Shown here piece by piece: positions 49,057 to 58,508 of a DNA stretch of 64,000 bases. The DNA is from an uncultured Verrucomicrobiales bacterium (GTDB lineage: Bacteria > Verrucomicrobiota > Verrucomicrobiia > Verrucomicrobiales > DEV007). Made by a program: the position numbers and the translations under genes. The stretch's first letter is position 1, and every line of letters starts with the position of its first letter. The notes below the pieces were generated by a model. The model worked only from the letters and a program-made list of their open reading frames with translations, ran no database searches and had not been told where the DNA came from. Location: assembly GCA_938091905.1 (NCBI GenBank), contig CALKOM010000057.1, positions 1-64,000 of the forward strand, given 5' to 3'.

Positions 49057-51453
49057 ATGAATACCTCTCTCAATTGGCTCCAAGATCATATCGATCTTTC
49101 TGACTACTCAACTGACGCCCTTTCGGATCTCCTCACCTTTGCCGGTATCGAAGTGGAAGGCATCCAAGAACGTGGTGCCGGCGTCGATCACGTGGTTGTC
49201 GGTCAGATCAAGAGTTCGGATTCTCACCCTGGCGCAGACCGCTTGAGTGTCTGTCAGGTTGATGACGGCAGTGGCTCGCTCCGTCAGATCGTTTGTGGAG
49301 CCAAGAATTACAAGGTCAATGACAAGGTTCCCGTGGCTCTTCCGGGCGCCGTCTTGCCGGGCGATTTCAAAATCAAGGAAGGCAAGCTACGCGGTGTCGT
49401 TTCGAATGGCATGATGTGCAGTGGCCGTGAACTCCAACTCACAGACGACCATGAAGGCCTCCTTATTCTGAAGACCGACGAGGCTACGGGGACTCCGATT
49501 GGTGAGCTGTTTGAATCGGACACCCTTCTGGAGCTTGAGATCACGCCGAATCGTCCCGATTGCCTGAGCCACTTGGGCATCGCGCGCGAACTAGCAGCCC
49601 TTGCCAAGCGCCCACTCAAAGGAGTTCCTCATTATGGTGCAAGCAGTGTGACGCAGCAGCCCGCCAAGACAGAGGAGATCACTTTGGAGGCGTCGGAGTC
49701 CTGTCCATTCTACACAGCTCGTCGGATCACCGGGGTGAAGGTCGGCCCAAGTCCGGACTGGCTCAAGGGCAAGCTTGAAGCCATCGGTTTGCGTCCTATC
49801 AATAACATCGTAGATATCACCAACTACGTCCTCTTCGAAATGGGGCAGCCCTTGCATGCGTTCGATGTGGCTAAGCTCGACGGTGGCATTTGCGTGCGTC
49901 TGGCCAATGATGGTGAGACCTTCCAGGCTCTGGATGGCAATGAATATGCCTTGCAGACGGACGACTTGGTCATCGCTGATCAATCGAAGGCGGTGGCCAT
50001 CGGCGGCGTCATGGGCGGCGAAGATTCTGGGGTCACTGAAGGCACCACCGACGTGCTCTTGGAAAGTGCCTACTTCACGCCCAGCCACATTCGCCGTACA
50101 TCGCGACGGTTAGACTTGAGCAGTGATTCAAGTTACCGCTTTGAGCGCGGGATCGATCCTGCCCAAACGATCGGAGCATCGGAACTCGCGAGCAAGCTCA
50201 TTCTCGAACTCGCAGGTGGCAAGGCCGAAGACGTTCTGCTAGTTGCTGGCGAAGTGCCCGCGTCTCCATCGCCCGTGATGCTTGACCATGGACGGGCCCA
50301 GCGTTTGTTAGGCGTCGATCTCTCTGAAGACGAGATGGGCGAGATTCTTACGGGGCTTGGCTTGGAAAGTCAGGGCGCCGGTGCCTGGAAAGTGCCTAGC
50401 TTCAGAGGCGATCTCGAACGTCATGTGGATCTGGTAGAGGAAATTGCGCGTGTTTACGGCATCGATAAGATTCCTGCCCGTGAAGTGGCATTCTTTGCGG
50501 AGCCAAGCAAGGAAGACGCGCGTTATGATGCCCATCATCAGCTACGCCAGCGTCTGGTCGATCTAGGCTACGATGATTGCCTCACGATCAAGCTCATTTC
50601 AGATGCGCAACTCGCGGACGATCTTTGTGCCTTGCGCCTCGGCAAGCAGAACCAAGCAGTGCCTCTTAAAAAGCCACTCTCGCAAGATCACACGACCCTA
50701 CGCCCAAGTGTCCTCCCGGGGTTGCTCGATGTGGCTGAACGAAATATTTGCCAAGGAGCGACAAGCCTCAAATTCTTCGAAATTGGCACCGTCTTCTCCA
50801 AGCACGAGAAGAGCCCGAAGGTGCTCGAATCGCAACAGCTCGGCATTGTGTTGTCTGGCGACATGACCAACGCGTCCTGGCACGGAGAAACGGCCCAAGC
50901 CGACATCTGTGATTTGATAGGACTCTGCGAAGCGCTCTTTGGCGGTGGCAAGCAAGCCGTGACCATGCGACGCCTGGAGCAAGAAAGCCTTCTTGTGGCA
51001 GCAGAGGTCTTGCTAGGCAAGTCGGTCATTGGCCGCCTTGGCCAAGTCCATCCTGCGCGTGCCCGTGAAATGGATTGCCAAGGCCCGCTCTACGTTGCTG
51101 AGATCGATCTCGCAAAAGCGATCAAGCCGAGCCTATCGGCAGAGCCAGTGACGGATCTGCCCAAGTTCCCTGCCATCACGCGAGACATTGCCCTCGAGGT
51201 GCCCTCCGACATGGAGAATGCGGAAGTGGCGAACTTCTTCAACAAGCAGAACGACGTTCTGCTAGTGGGCTTCAAGATGTTCGATCTCTTTGCAGATCCG
51301 ACGGGAGAGAAACTCCCAGTCGATAGGAAGTCGGTGGCCTACACCCTCACGTATCGTTCAAACGACCGCACGTTGAAGTCGGAGGAAGTCGACAAAGCGC
51401 ATGCCAAGGTGTTGGCCGCGTTGCCCAAGCTCGGGGACGTGAAACAACGCTAG
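49057..51453 (+). CDS. pheT: Phenylalanine-tRNA ligase beta subunit
   Basis: HP.ADRL..C, IVCGA.N, TPNRPDCL, NNIVDITNYV, RFERG.D, DLVEEIAR, KFP...RD. Confidence 0.98.
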   Translation: MNTSLNWLQDHIDLSDYSTDALSDLLTFAGIEVEGIQERGAGVDHVVVGQIKSSDSHPGADRLSVCQVDDGSGSLRQIVCGAKNYKVNDKVPVALPGAVLPGDFKIKEGKLRGVVSNGMMCSGRELQLTDDHEGLLILKTDEATGTPIGELFESDTLLELEITPNRPDCLSHLGIARELAALAKRPLKGVPHYGASSVTQQPAKTEEITLEASESCPFYTARRITGVKVGPSPDWLKGKLEAIGLRPINNIVDITNYVLFEMGQPLHAFDVAKLDGGICVRLANDGETFQALDGNEYALQTDDLVIADQSKAVAIGGVMGGEDSGVTEGTTDVLLESAYFTPSHIRRTSRRLDLSSDSSYRFERGIDPAQTIGASELASKLILELAGGKAEDVLLVAGEVPASPSPVMLDHGRAQRLLGVDLSEDEMGEILTGLGLESQGAGAWKVPSFRGDLERHVDLVEEIARVYGIDKIPAREVAFFAEPSKEDARYDAHHQLRQRLVDLGYDDCLTIKLISDAQLADDLCALRLGKQNQAVPLKKPLSQDHTTLRPSVLPGLLDVAERNICQGATSLKFFEIGTVFSKHEKSPKVLESQQLGIVLSGDMTNASWHGETAQADICDLIGLCEALFGGGKQAVTMRRLEQESLLVAAEVLLGKSVIGRLGQVHPARAREMDCQGPLYVAEIDLAKAIKPSLSAEPVTDLPKFPAITRDIALEVPSDMENAEVANFFNKQNDVLLVGFKMFDLFADPTGEKLPVDRKSVAYTLTYRSNDRTLKSEEVDKAHAKVLAALPKLGDVKQR

Positions 51454-51470
51454 TTGTCCTTGATCTGCTC

Positions 51471-53147
51471 TTAGAATCCTAAGGCACTGCCATTCACGCG
51501 TGGGTCGCTTTGTGCTGCGAGGGTGTCATCGGCTTCGAGGCTGAGGGCTTGGCTGACCCCGAGGCCCGAAGTTGCTGCGACCATGTGGCCTTTAGCCTTT
51601 AGCGCGTCTTGGATTTCTTGTGGCATGGCGCGCTCTACCCGTAGCTGGTTAGGTCGCCATTGGTGGTGGATTCTGGGGGCTTTGAGACACTGGGTGAGGG
51701 GTTGCTTGAGATCGATGCGGCGGACGATGGCTTGGAGGGCTTGGGTGATGATGGTGGGGCCACCAGCAGCACCTACGGAGAAGACAGGCTTGCCGTCTTT
51801 GAGAACGATGGTGGGGCTCATGCTGGAGAGAGGGCGTTTGCCTGGGGCGACGGCGTTCGCATCGGAGCCTAACAAGCCGAAGGCGTTGGGGACGCCGGGT
51901 TGCGCGGCGAAGTCGTCCATTTCGTTGTTCAGGACGACGCCCGTTCCTGGAACAACCACTCCGGATCCGTAAGTGGTGTTCACGGTTTGGGTGCAAGCGA
52001 CCCAGTTTCCTGCTTTATCGGCGACGCAGAAGTGGGTCGTGTGTTTGCCGAACCAATCGCTGTCTGACCCATCGGGTGTTCCGTGAGTCGGGACGTCGAT
52101 GGCCTTATTGAGGTCAATGCGTCTGGCGAGTGTCTTGGCGTAGACCTTGTCGATGAGTCCTTTCGGAACCTTGGTGAAGTCGGCATCGCCTAACCAATGG
52201 GCGCGGTCAACGAAGGCTAGTTTCATGCTCTCGGCGATGACATGCAGGCGGTCGGTTTCGTCCATGGAGGCGAGATCGAATGTCTCTAGCATGTTCAGGA
52301 TCTGAGCGATGTGAATGCCGCCAGAACTCGGTGGAGGCATACCGATGATTTCGTGATCGCGATAGGTTGTGCGAACGGGGGCGCGTCGCTTGGGCTGGTA
52401 GTTGGCGAAATCAGTTTCTGTGAGGATGCCGCCGTGTTCCTTCATCCACGCGGCGACAGCTTTGGATAGAGGGCCACGGTAGAAGTGGTCGAGGCCGTCC
52501 TTGGCAACAGACTCGTAGGTGTTGGCGAGGTCTATCTGGATGAGGCGATCACCGACTTGCAGCGCGTGAGCGTCGTTTAGAAAGATGGCGGAGGCTCCTG
52601 GGAATTCGCGTAGTTTCTCCACGGCGCCACCGAGCCGTCTGACATAGTCCTTGCCCAACACGAATCCATCGCGTGCGATAGCGACCGAGGGTGTGATGAC
52701 CTGAGCCAGTGTCTTACTACCATGACCTTCTAGTGCTTTGGCATAGGCGGCCAGCGCTCCGGGAACGCCCACGGCGAGTGGGCCTTTCCTGCTGAGGTCG
52801 GACACGGCTTTACCCTCACGAAGAAACATGTCGCGATGGGCCGCTGCGGGAGCTGTTTCGCGGCCATCAATGGTGAAGATCTCGCCATTGGAAGCGTGGA
52901 TCACCATGAAGCAGCCGCCGCCGATACCAGAATTGAAGCCATCGACGACTCCGAGTGCGAGCCCAGCACCAACCGCGGCATCAACGGCATTGCCGCCTTC
53001 CTTGAGGATGTCCAAGGCAATTTTAGAAGCCAGCGGATGTACTGTGGCAACGACTCCGTTTGTGCCCGTAGCATGACGAACGGGCTGATGCTGATCGCCG
53101 TAGGCAATAGACAACAGGCAGAACGCAGTGATGACAAATGCTCTCAT
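51471..53147 (-). CDS. ggt: Gamma-glutamyltransferase (exported)
   Basis: GGNAVDAA, SGIGGG, DGRE.AP, PPSSGG, HTTH (autocleavage Thr), LNNEMDDF, KRPLSSM.P. Confidence 0.95.
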   Translation of the reverse strand: MRAFVITAFCLLSIAYGDQHQPVRHATGTNGVVATVHPLASKIALDILKEGGNAVDAAVGAGLALGVVDGFNSGIGGGCFMVIHASNGEIFTIDGRETAPAAAHRDMFLREGKAVSDLSRKGPLAVGVPGALAAYAKALEGHGSKTLAQVITPSVAIARDGFVLGKDYVRRLGGAVEKLREFPGASAIFLNDAHALQVGDRLIQIDLANTYESVAKDGLDHFYRGPLSKAVAAWMKEHGGILTETDFANYQPKRRAPVRTTYRDHEIIGMPPPSSGGIHIAQILNMLETFDLASMDETDRLHVIAESMKLAFVDRAHWLGDADFTKVPKGLIDKVYAKTLARRIDLNKAIDVPTHGTPDGSDSDWFGKHTTHFCVADKAGNWVACTQTVNTTYGSGVVVPGTGVVLNNEMDDFAAQPGVPNAFGLLGSDANAVAPGKRPLSSMSPTIVLKDGKPVFSVGAAGGPTIITQALQAIVRRIDLKQPLTQCLKAPRIHHQWRPNQLRVERAMPQEIQDALKAKGHMVAATSGLGVSQALSLEADDTLAAQSDPRVNGSALGF

Positions 53148-53227
53148 GGTGACACGCTACTTCAATCTAAGGAGCAATCCCAGGATGATTATCTAGCCTG
53201 TTCTGAAGGGCGAGGCCTTCTTCATTC

Positions 53228-55021
53228 TTACCAGGCTACTGTCAGACCGGCGAAGGCGCCCAATCTTCGAGCGGCAACGGGGGTGCCTCCGAAACTGGCG
53301 TGTTCATAGCGTTCGTCGAACGCGTTCTCGAGACGTGCATTGATGGTGACATGGTCGGTTAACTCATAGGAGCCGTAAAGCCTAGTGACAACGTAGGCGT
53401 CTAGTGGGTCGCCTCCAAGGTTTCGGGAGCCGACATAAGAAACCTCGGCTCCGAGGTTTAACTGATCCGTGGCTTCCCAGTGGAGATGCGCTTGAAAGAC
53501 GTGCTCTGGCAAACCTACCAGACTGTCGTCTAGGTAGGTGTAGGCGAGGCCATAGCGAATGAGGCCAGCTTGGCCTTCGAGGCCCACTTCCAGGCCGCTG
53601 GCTTTGCCTTTGCCAGTGGTGTTGAAAGGAGCTGCTCCGAATCGGTCGACGATGAGGTTCTCCACGTCATTCTCGAACCAGGTGAGGTTGAGTGAAATGT
53701 CCTCCCCGAAGGACTGGGAGATACCGAGGTCCCAGCCTTCTGAATGCTCGGGAGAAAGGTTAGGATTGCCAGCTTCAAACGGTCCGCCATTGAGTTCGAG
53801 CAGGTTTGGTGTTCGGAAGGCGGTACCGTAACTGCCACGTAAGGTGGTGTCCGAGCCGGGGAAGGTGTACGCTGCGGTCGTGCGCCAAGTGAACTCATCT
53901 CCGTAGTCGTCGTAGTCTTCCCAGCGTAGACCTCCAGTGAGGACGAGGTCTTGGGACACCTCCCAGAGATGGGTGGCGAACAGGCCTAACTGATCGCGAT
54001 CGGCAGGAAACGAGAAGTCTTGGGCAAAGTCCGTTTGTTCGAAGAGGGCTCCGAACGCCGTGGTGTGTGCGTCCGACCACGTCACTTCGTTCTCCCAGCC
54101 GACACTGAGTTTCTCGGCGTCGGTAGCGAAGGTGGAGGGATCGCCGAAGTCATAGGATTCGGTGTAGGATCCGAACCGTAGGCGTGACTGCCAGGAATCG
54201 GTGAGGTCGATCTCACCATACACCGTGATCAGTTGGTAGTCGGTGAAGTTGTCGCCACCGAAGTTGTCTTGGAAATCCCCATGCCCGCCGCGAAAGGTGG
54301 CACCTACTCTGGCATGATCACTCAAATCATAGTCCAGACGCAGCGCATAGGTGAGCTGTTCATGATCCAGTTCAGGGGTGCCCTGCGCATCGTTCTCGGT
54401 CGTTTCCCAACCGATCCCAAGTGTGTAGGAGAGTCCACTGTCAAAATTCCCGCTGGAGCTGGCGCCGGTGCGCAAGGTTCCAAACGAGCCGCCTTCGACG
54501 AAGACACGGGATTCCGGTGTGCCTGAGCCCTGGGCTGAATAGACACCGATGACGCCGCCGATGGATTCGCCTCCATAGAGGGCGCTTTGAGGGCCTCGCA
54601 GGATCTCAATTCTCCCGACCCCATCAAGCAGGCTGTTTCCAAGATAGTTGTTCGTGGAGACCGTGGAATCGCTGAGCCGCACGCCGTCGACAAGAACATG
54701 GGCGTGTGCGGTCTTCATGCCGCGGAGAAAGAGTGAGCTAATCGAGCCGGGCTGGCCTCCGGTCGATTCTGAGAAGACGCCCGGTGAGCGACGCAGAGCG
54801 TCTTCCAGGCGGAAGACCTGGGCTTCTTCTAATGCTCCGCCATCAAGCACGGTGACGGCGCTGCCGGTCTGAACAAGGGGAGTGAGGATACGGTTGGCGA
54901 CCACGGTGGTGGGTGCCAGAGCTTCCGTTTCTTCAGCGGTGACGGGCAGGAGCCCGGCCAACGATGATGAAAGGCCTAACAAGATGGCGCTACGGTGCAG
55001 CGCACGGTTGGTTGATGACAT
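53228..55021 (-). CDS. btuB: TonB-dependent receptor, BtuB-like cobalamin transporter
   Basis: Plug motifs LRG......VLVDGV and RIEILRGPQSALYG; C-terminal W; cobalamin riboswitch upstream. Confidence 0.85.
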   Translation of the reverse strand: MSSTNRALHRSAILLGLSSSLAGLLPVTAEETEALAPTTVVANRILTPLVQTGSAVTVLDGGALEEAQVFRLEDALRRSPGVFSESTGGQPGSISSLFLRGMKTAHAHVLVDGVRLSDSTVSTNNYLGNSLLDGVGRIEILRGPQSALYGGESIGGVIGVYSAQGSGTPESRVFVEGGSFGTLRTGASSSGNFDSGLSYTLGIGWETTENDAQGTPELDHEQLTYALRLDYDLSDHARVGATFRGGHGDFQDNFGGDNFTDYQLITVYGEIDLTDSWQSRLRFGSYTESYDFGDPSTFATDAEKLSVGWENEVTWSDAHTTAFGALFEQTDFAQDFSFPADRDQLGLFATHLWEVSQDLVLTGGLRWEDYDDYGDEFTWRTTAAYTFPGSDTTLRGSYGTAFRTPNLLELNGGPFEAGNPNLSPEHSEGWDLGISQSFGEDISLNLTWFENDVENLIVDRFGAAPFNTTGKGKASGLEVGLEGQAGLIRYGLAYTYLDDSLVGLPEHVFQAHLHWEATDQLNLGAEVSYVGSRNLGGDPLDAYVVTRLYGSYELTDHVTINARLENAFDERYEHASFGGTPVAARRLGAFAGLTVAW

Positions 55022-55078
55022 GTGTGTTTTCTAAGGATGTGGCGCCCGTATTCCGCGGACGATGCAATCACTTCCCAA

Positions 55079-55223
55079 GGCTGGCGATCTGGCTCGACTA
55101 AATAAACGCGTCATTTAATCTCACAGTGGCGGGACCGCTCCGGAGTAGGCACAAGATGCTGTCACCGGATTCCCCATCTATTTCTTGCCCGAGCGACGGG
55201 CTTCCAAGAGAAGACCCCAGCTC
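55079..55223 (-). ncRNA. Cobalamin riboswitch
   Basis: Minus strand reads GGGAAUCCGGUG...UCCGGAGCGGUCCCGCCACUGUGA...GAGCCAGA, with flanking GCUGG/CCAGC pairing; lies 5' of btuB. Confidence 0.88.
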
Positions 55224-55318
55224 TCCTGAGGTGAGCGCATTTCAGCCTATTCTGGATGCTGTGCAACAAGGAAATGCTCAAAGCTTGCCAAGCTGGCTCA
55301 AGAGCGATTTCTTGGGGC

Positions 55319-56848
55319 ATGCTAAAACTCCTTTTGTCACTCACCTTCCTGATTGCTAGTCTTGGGCACGCTGCCGAGAAGCCTAACATCGTGGTCATCA
55401 TGGCTGATGACATGGGCTATGGCGATGTGTCTTGCTATGGCGCCACGGCGTTGCAGACGCCGCACATCGACAAGCTTGCCGCGGAAGGGCGACGTTTTAC
55501 GAGTGGCTACTGCTCGGCCTCGACTTGCACGCCGACCCGCTACTCGTTGCTGACGGGAACCTATGCCTTTCGGCAGGAAGGCACCGGGATCGCGCCACCT
55601 AACAGTCCTGCAGTCATCAAGCCGGGTAGCGAAACGCTCCCTTCACTGTTAAAGAAAGCGGGTTACGCCACGGCGGTTATTGGTAAATGGCATCTCGGTC
55701 TCGGCGGGCCGGAAGGACCGGATTGGAATGGTGATCTCAAACCGGGCCCCTTGGAGATTGGCTTTGATCATTGTTATCTCTTGCCAACCACCAATGACCG
55801 GGTGCCACAGGTTTACGTCGAAGATCATCGAGTGAAGAACCTCGATCCGAGTGACCCTCTCTGGGTGGGAAAGAAGAAGCCGAGTGAAGATCATCCCACG
55901 GGCATCACGCACCGAGACACCCTCAAGATGGATTGGTCTCACGGGCACAATTCGACGATTCACAATGGCATTAGCCGGATTGGGTTTTACACAGGCGGTC
56001 ATGCAGCGCGTTTCCGAGATGAAGATCTTGCTGACGAATGGGTTAACCGATCTAATGCGTGGATCGAAAAGCACAAAGATGAGCCTTTCTTTCTCTTCTT
56101 CTCCTCGCACGACCTTCATGTCCCGCGCATTCCGCATGAGCGCTTTCAAGGAAAGACACGGCTAGGTTTCCGCGGAGACGCCATTATTCAGTTGGACTGG
56201 TGTGTAGGCGAACTGATGAAGACGCTGGACCGTCTCAACCTGGCTGAGAACACCTTGGTTATCTTCTGTTCTGACAATGGTCCCGTGCTTGATGATGGTT
56301 ATGCTGATGATGCCGTCGAGAAGATTGGTCGCCACCGGGCAGGGGGGCCTTTCCGTGGGGGGAAGTACAGTGTGCTTGAAGGTGGCACGCGCACGCCTTT
56401 CATCACGAGATGGAAAGGCCGCATTAAGCCCGCAGTTGAAGACAAGGCTGTGGTCTCCACGATTGATCTGGTGGCTAGTGTTGGCGCGCTAACGGAGACG
56501 CCACTTCCTCAGGATGCCTATCTTGATAGTCATGATGTGATGGGGGCGTTGCTGGGAGAAGACGGGGGGAAAGGGCGTGAGCATCTCATTCAACAAGATA
56601 ATGGTCGTGCTGGGAACTATGGCTATCGGAAGGGGGACTGGAAACTTCAGCGGCATGAGAAAGGCACGGCTAGAAACGTGGTGGTCGAGGCAAAGCTAGC
56701 GAATACAAAGGTACCTAAGCACCGATTGTTCAATTTGGCGGAGGATCCAGGTGAGACCCGGAATTTGATCGAGAAGCACCCTGACATCGCCAAGAAGATG
56801 ATTGAGGAGCTAGACGCACATATCAAGGCTGGGCGGACGAGGAGCTAG
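55319..56848 (+). CDS. Arylsulfatase A-like formylglycine sulfatase
   Basis: Signal peptide, PNIV.IMADD.GYGD, CTPTRY, GKWHLG, SDNG, GGK....EGG.R.P. Confidence 0.93.
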   Translation: MLKLLLSLTFLIASLGHAAEKPNIVVIMADDMGYGDVSCYGATALQTPHIDKLAAEGRRFTSGYCSASTCTPTRYSLLTGTYAFRQEGTGIAPPNSPAVIKPGSETLPSLLKKAGYATAVIGKWHLGLGGPEGPDWNGDLKPGPLEIGFDHCYLLPTTNDRVPQVYVEDHRVKNLDPSDPLWVGKKKPSEDHPTGITHRDTLKMDWSHGHNSTIHNGISRIGFYTGGHAARFRDEDLADEWVNRSNAWIEKHKDEPFFLFFSSHDLHVPRIPHERFQGKTRLGFRGDAIIQLDWCVGELMKTLDRLNLAENTLVIFCSDNGPVLDDGYADDAVEKIGRHRAGGPFRGGKYSVLEGGTRTPFITRWKGRIKPAVEDKAVVSTIDLVASVGALTETPLPQDAYLDSHDVMGALLGEDGGKGREHLIQQDNGRAGNYGYRKGDWKLQRHEKGTARNVVVEAKLANTKVPKHRLFNLAEDPGETRNLIEKHPDIAKKMIEELDAHIKAGRTRS

Positions 56849-56897
56849 GTTTGCGTTTGAGCGGGAGTATACTAACAATACGCAAGTGTTTGCATTG

Positions 56898-57187
56898 ATG
56901 GATATTTCGAATCCCAGAGTCCTTCACTGAAAGGCGTTCTCTTTCCGGTAATAGGCCTGATTCGTAGTGGCTTGATCTTGGCGCATGCGCCGGATTGGAA
57001 AGTAGCATTGCTGCTAGCCATTGCCTTATGGGCCTTCTGCCGCTTCTACTACTTTGCCTTTTATGTGCTGGAGCACTATGCTGACTCCCGGTTTCGTTAT
57101 GCGGGATTGTGCGACTTGGCGCGCTACCTAATCACGGGTAAGCCAAGCGAGGGTCAAGAGGTAGAACCTGAGGATGGTGAGCGTTAG
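56898..57187 (+). pseudogene. Small membrane protein with an apparent 1-nt frameshift
   Basis: MDISNPRVL, then a shift near 56926 into LKGVLF...LLAIALWAFCRFYYFAFYVLEHY.D. Confidence 0.5.
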
Positions 57188-58494
57188 AGAAGCCCCGCGT
57201 CTTTGATTTCCAAGTAGCGGTTGGTGAGCGCGGTGGGGAGATTGGCAGCAGTGTCGTCCAGAGTCAGGATGCCATGCGAACGGATCTGCTCAAAGGTCTG
57301 AGTGCGCTCCTCGACATAACGCTGGGTGGCGCTATGTGAGAGTGCGTCTTCAAAGGTGGTGACAGGATATTTCAAGGCTCCCTCGGTGGTAGATTCGCGG
57401 AGGCTGGCGATGAGTGGAAGATGACGCTGCTTCATGAGTTGGAGTGGTGGAAGAATGTTGGCAATGTCTTCACTCCGCAGATTGGTAAGGAGTATGACGA
57501 GGGCGCGGCGGCGTTGACGCATCATGAGGCGCTCGGCTGCTTCGGCGAAGTCACTCGTCTGCGGGCCCGTCTCGTAGTCGTAGAGATGGTTGAGCAAGGT
57601 CGTCATGGCGTGTTGCCCTTTGACCGGTGGCAACCAGCGGTCCGTGCCGCCGAAACTGAGTACACCCACGTGGTCGCTCTGACGGAGAGCGATAAATGAG
57701 AGTAGGAGTATGGAGTTAAGGCAGTGATCAAACTGTGAGAGTTCTCCATCGAGAGCACGCATGCGGCGTCCGCAATCAACCATGAGAATGATGTTCTGGT
57801 CCCGCTCCTCTCGATACTCGCGGCTGATGAGTTGGAAGCGTTTGGAGGTGGCTTTCCAATCGATTTGGGAAAGGTTGTCGCCTTCTTGATAGTCGCGCAG
57901 CTGATGAAAGTTGAGACTGGCTCCACGGCGATGCTTCATGACGATACCCATCTGGTTCTCGCGGTTCTCCATGGCAAGGAGGGCGTAGCGCACGACAGGT
58001 TCGTAGTTTGGATAGACCCGGATCTCGTCCTGATGATCAGTAAGATAGCGGCGCTGCCAAAGACCGAAAGGAGATTGGTGTAGAACGTGAATGGATCCCA
58101 GTGCAGAACGGCCTCGTTTGCGCATGCGGATGGGATAGGCGACTGTGGTGAAGCCCTTGGATTGAACGGTTCCTGTCCACGGAATGTCTGGGGCGTGGGC
58201 TTCTTCCGGGAGGCCATCGAAGACCGAGAGGTGGGCGATCAAATGTCCTCGATTGTGCAATGTTAGCAAAATTTCGTCGTCGACGTTGAGGGCAAGGTGT
58301 CCAGGAATCCTGCGCTCGATGTCGATTCGTTTGCTGGACTTCGCTAGAATGAAATCAATTCCAGAAAGAGCCGCGAGCAGAGCCCCAAGCCCCCACCATA
58401 GAACCACGAATTGCGCCCAGAAAGACGCAGCGATACCGATAGCAATCCAAACGAGGATGCCGTGGAGTAGGCGTGAGGTGGGCCTCATCGACAA
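57184..58494 (-). CDS. DUF58 (vWA-like) protein
   Basis: F.QLR.Y..GD....IDWKAT, D.GR.M, D.VG. Confidence 0.88.
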   Translation of the reverse strand: MSMRPTSRLLHGILVWIAIGIAASFWAQFVVLWWGLGALLAALSGIDFILAKSSKRIDIERRIPGHLALNVDDEILLTLHNRGHLIAHLSVFDGLPEEAHAPDIPWTGTVQSKGFTTVAYPIRMRKRGRSALGSIHVLHQSPFGLWQRRYLTDHQDEIRVYPNYEPVVRYALLAMENRENQMGIVMKHRRGASLNFHQLRDYQEGDNLSQIDWKATSKRFQLISREYREERDQNIILMVDCGRRMRALDGELSQFDHCLNSILLLSFIALRQSDHVGVLSFGGTDRWLPPVKGQHAMTTLLNHLYDYETGPQTSDFAEAAERLMMRQRRRALVILLTNLRSEDIANILPPLQLMKQRHLPLIASLRESTTEGALKYPVTTFEDALSHSATQRYVEERTQTFEQIRSHGILTLDDTAANLPTALTNRYLEIKDAGLL

Positions 58495-58508
58495 CGAATC
58501 AGGCTCCT

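Noticed and set aside
51471..55223. ggt under cobalamin riboswitch control
   Set aside because: There is an 80-bp gap and ggt has its own TAGCGT box just before its ATG; no positive evidence for co-regulation.
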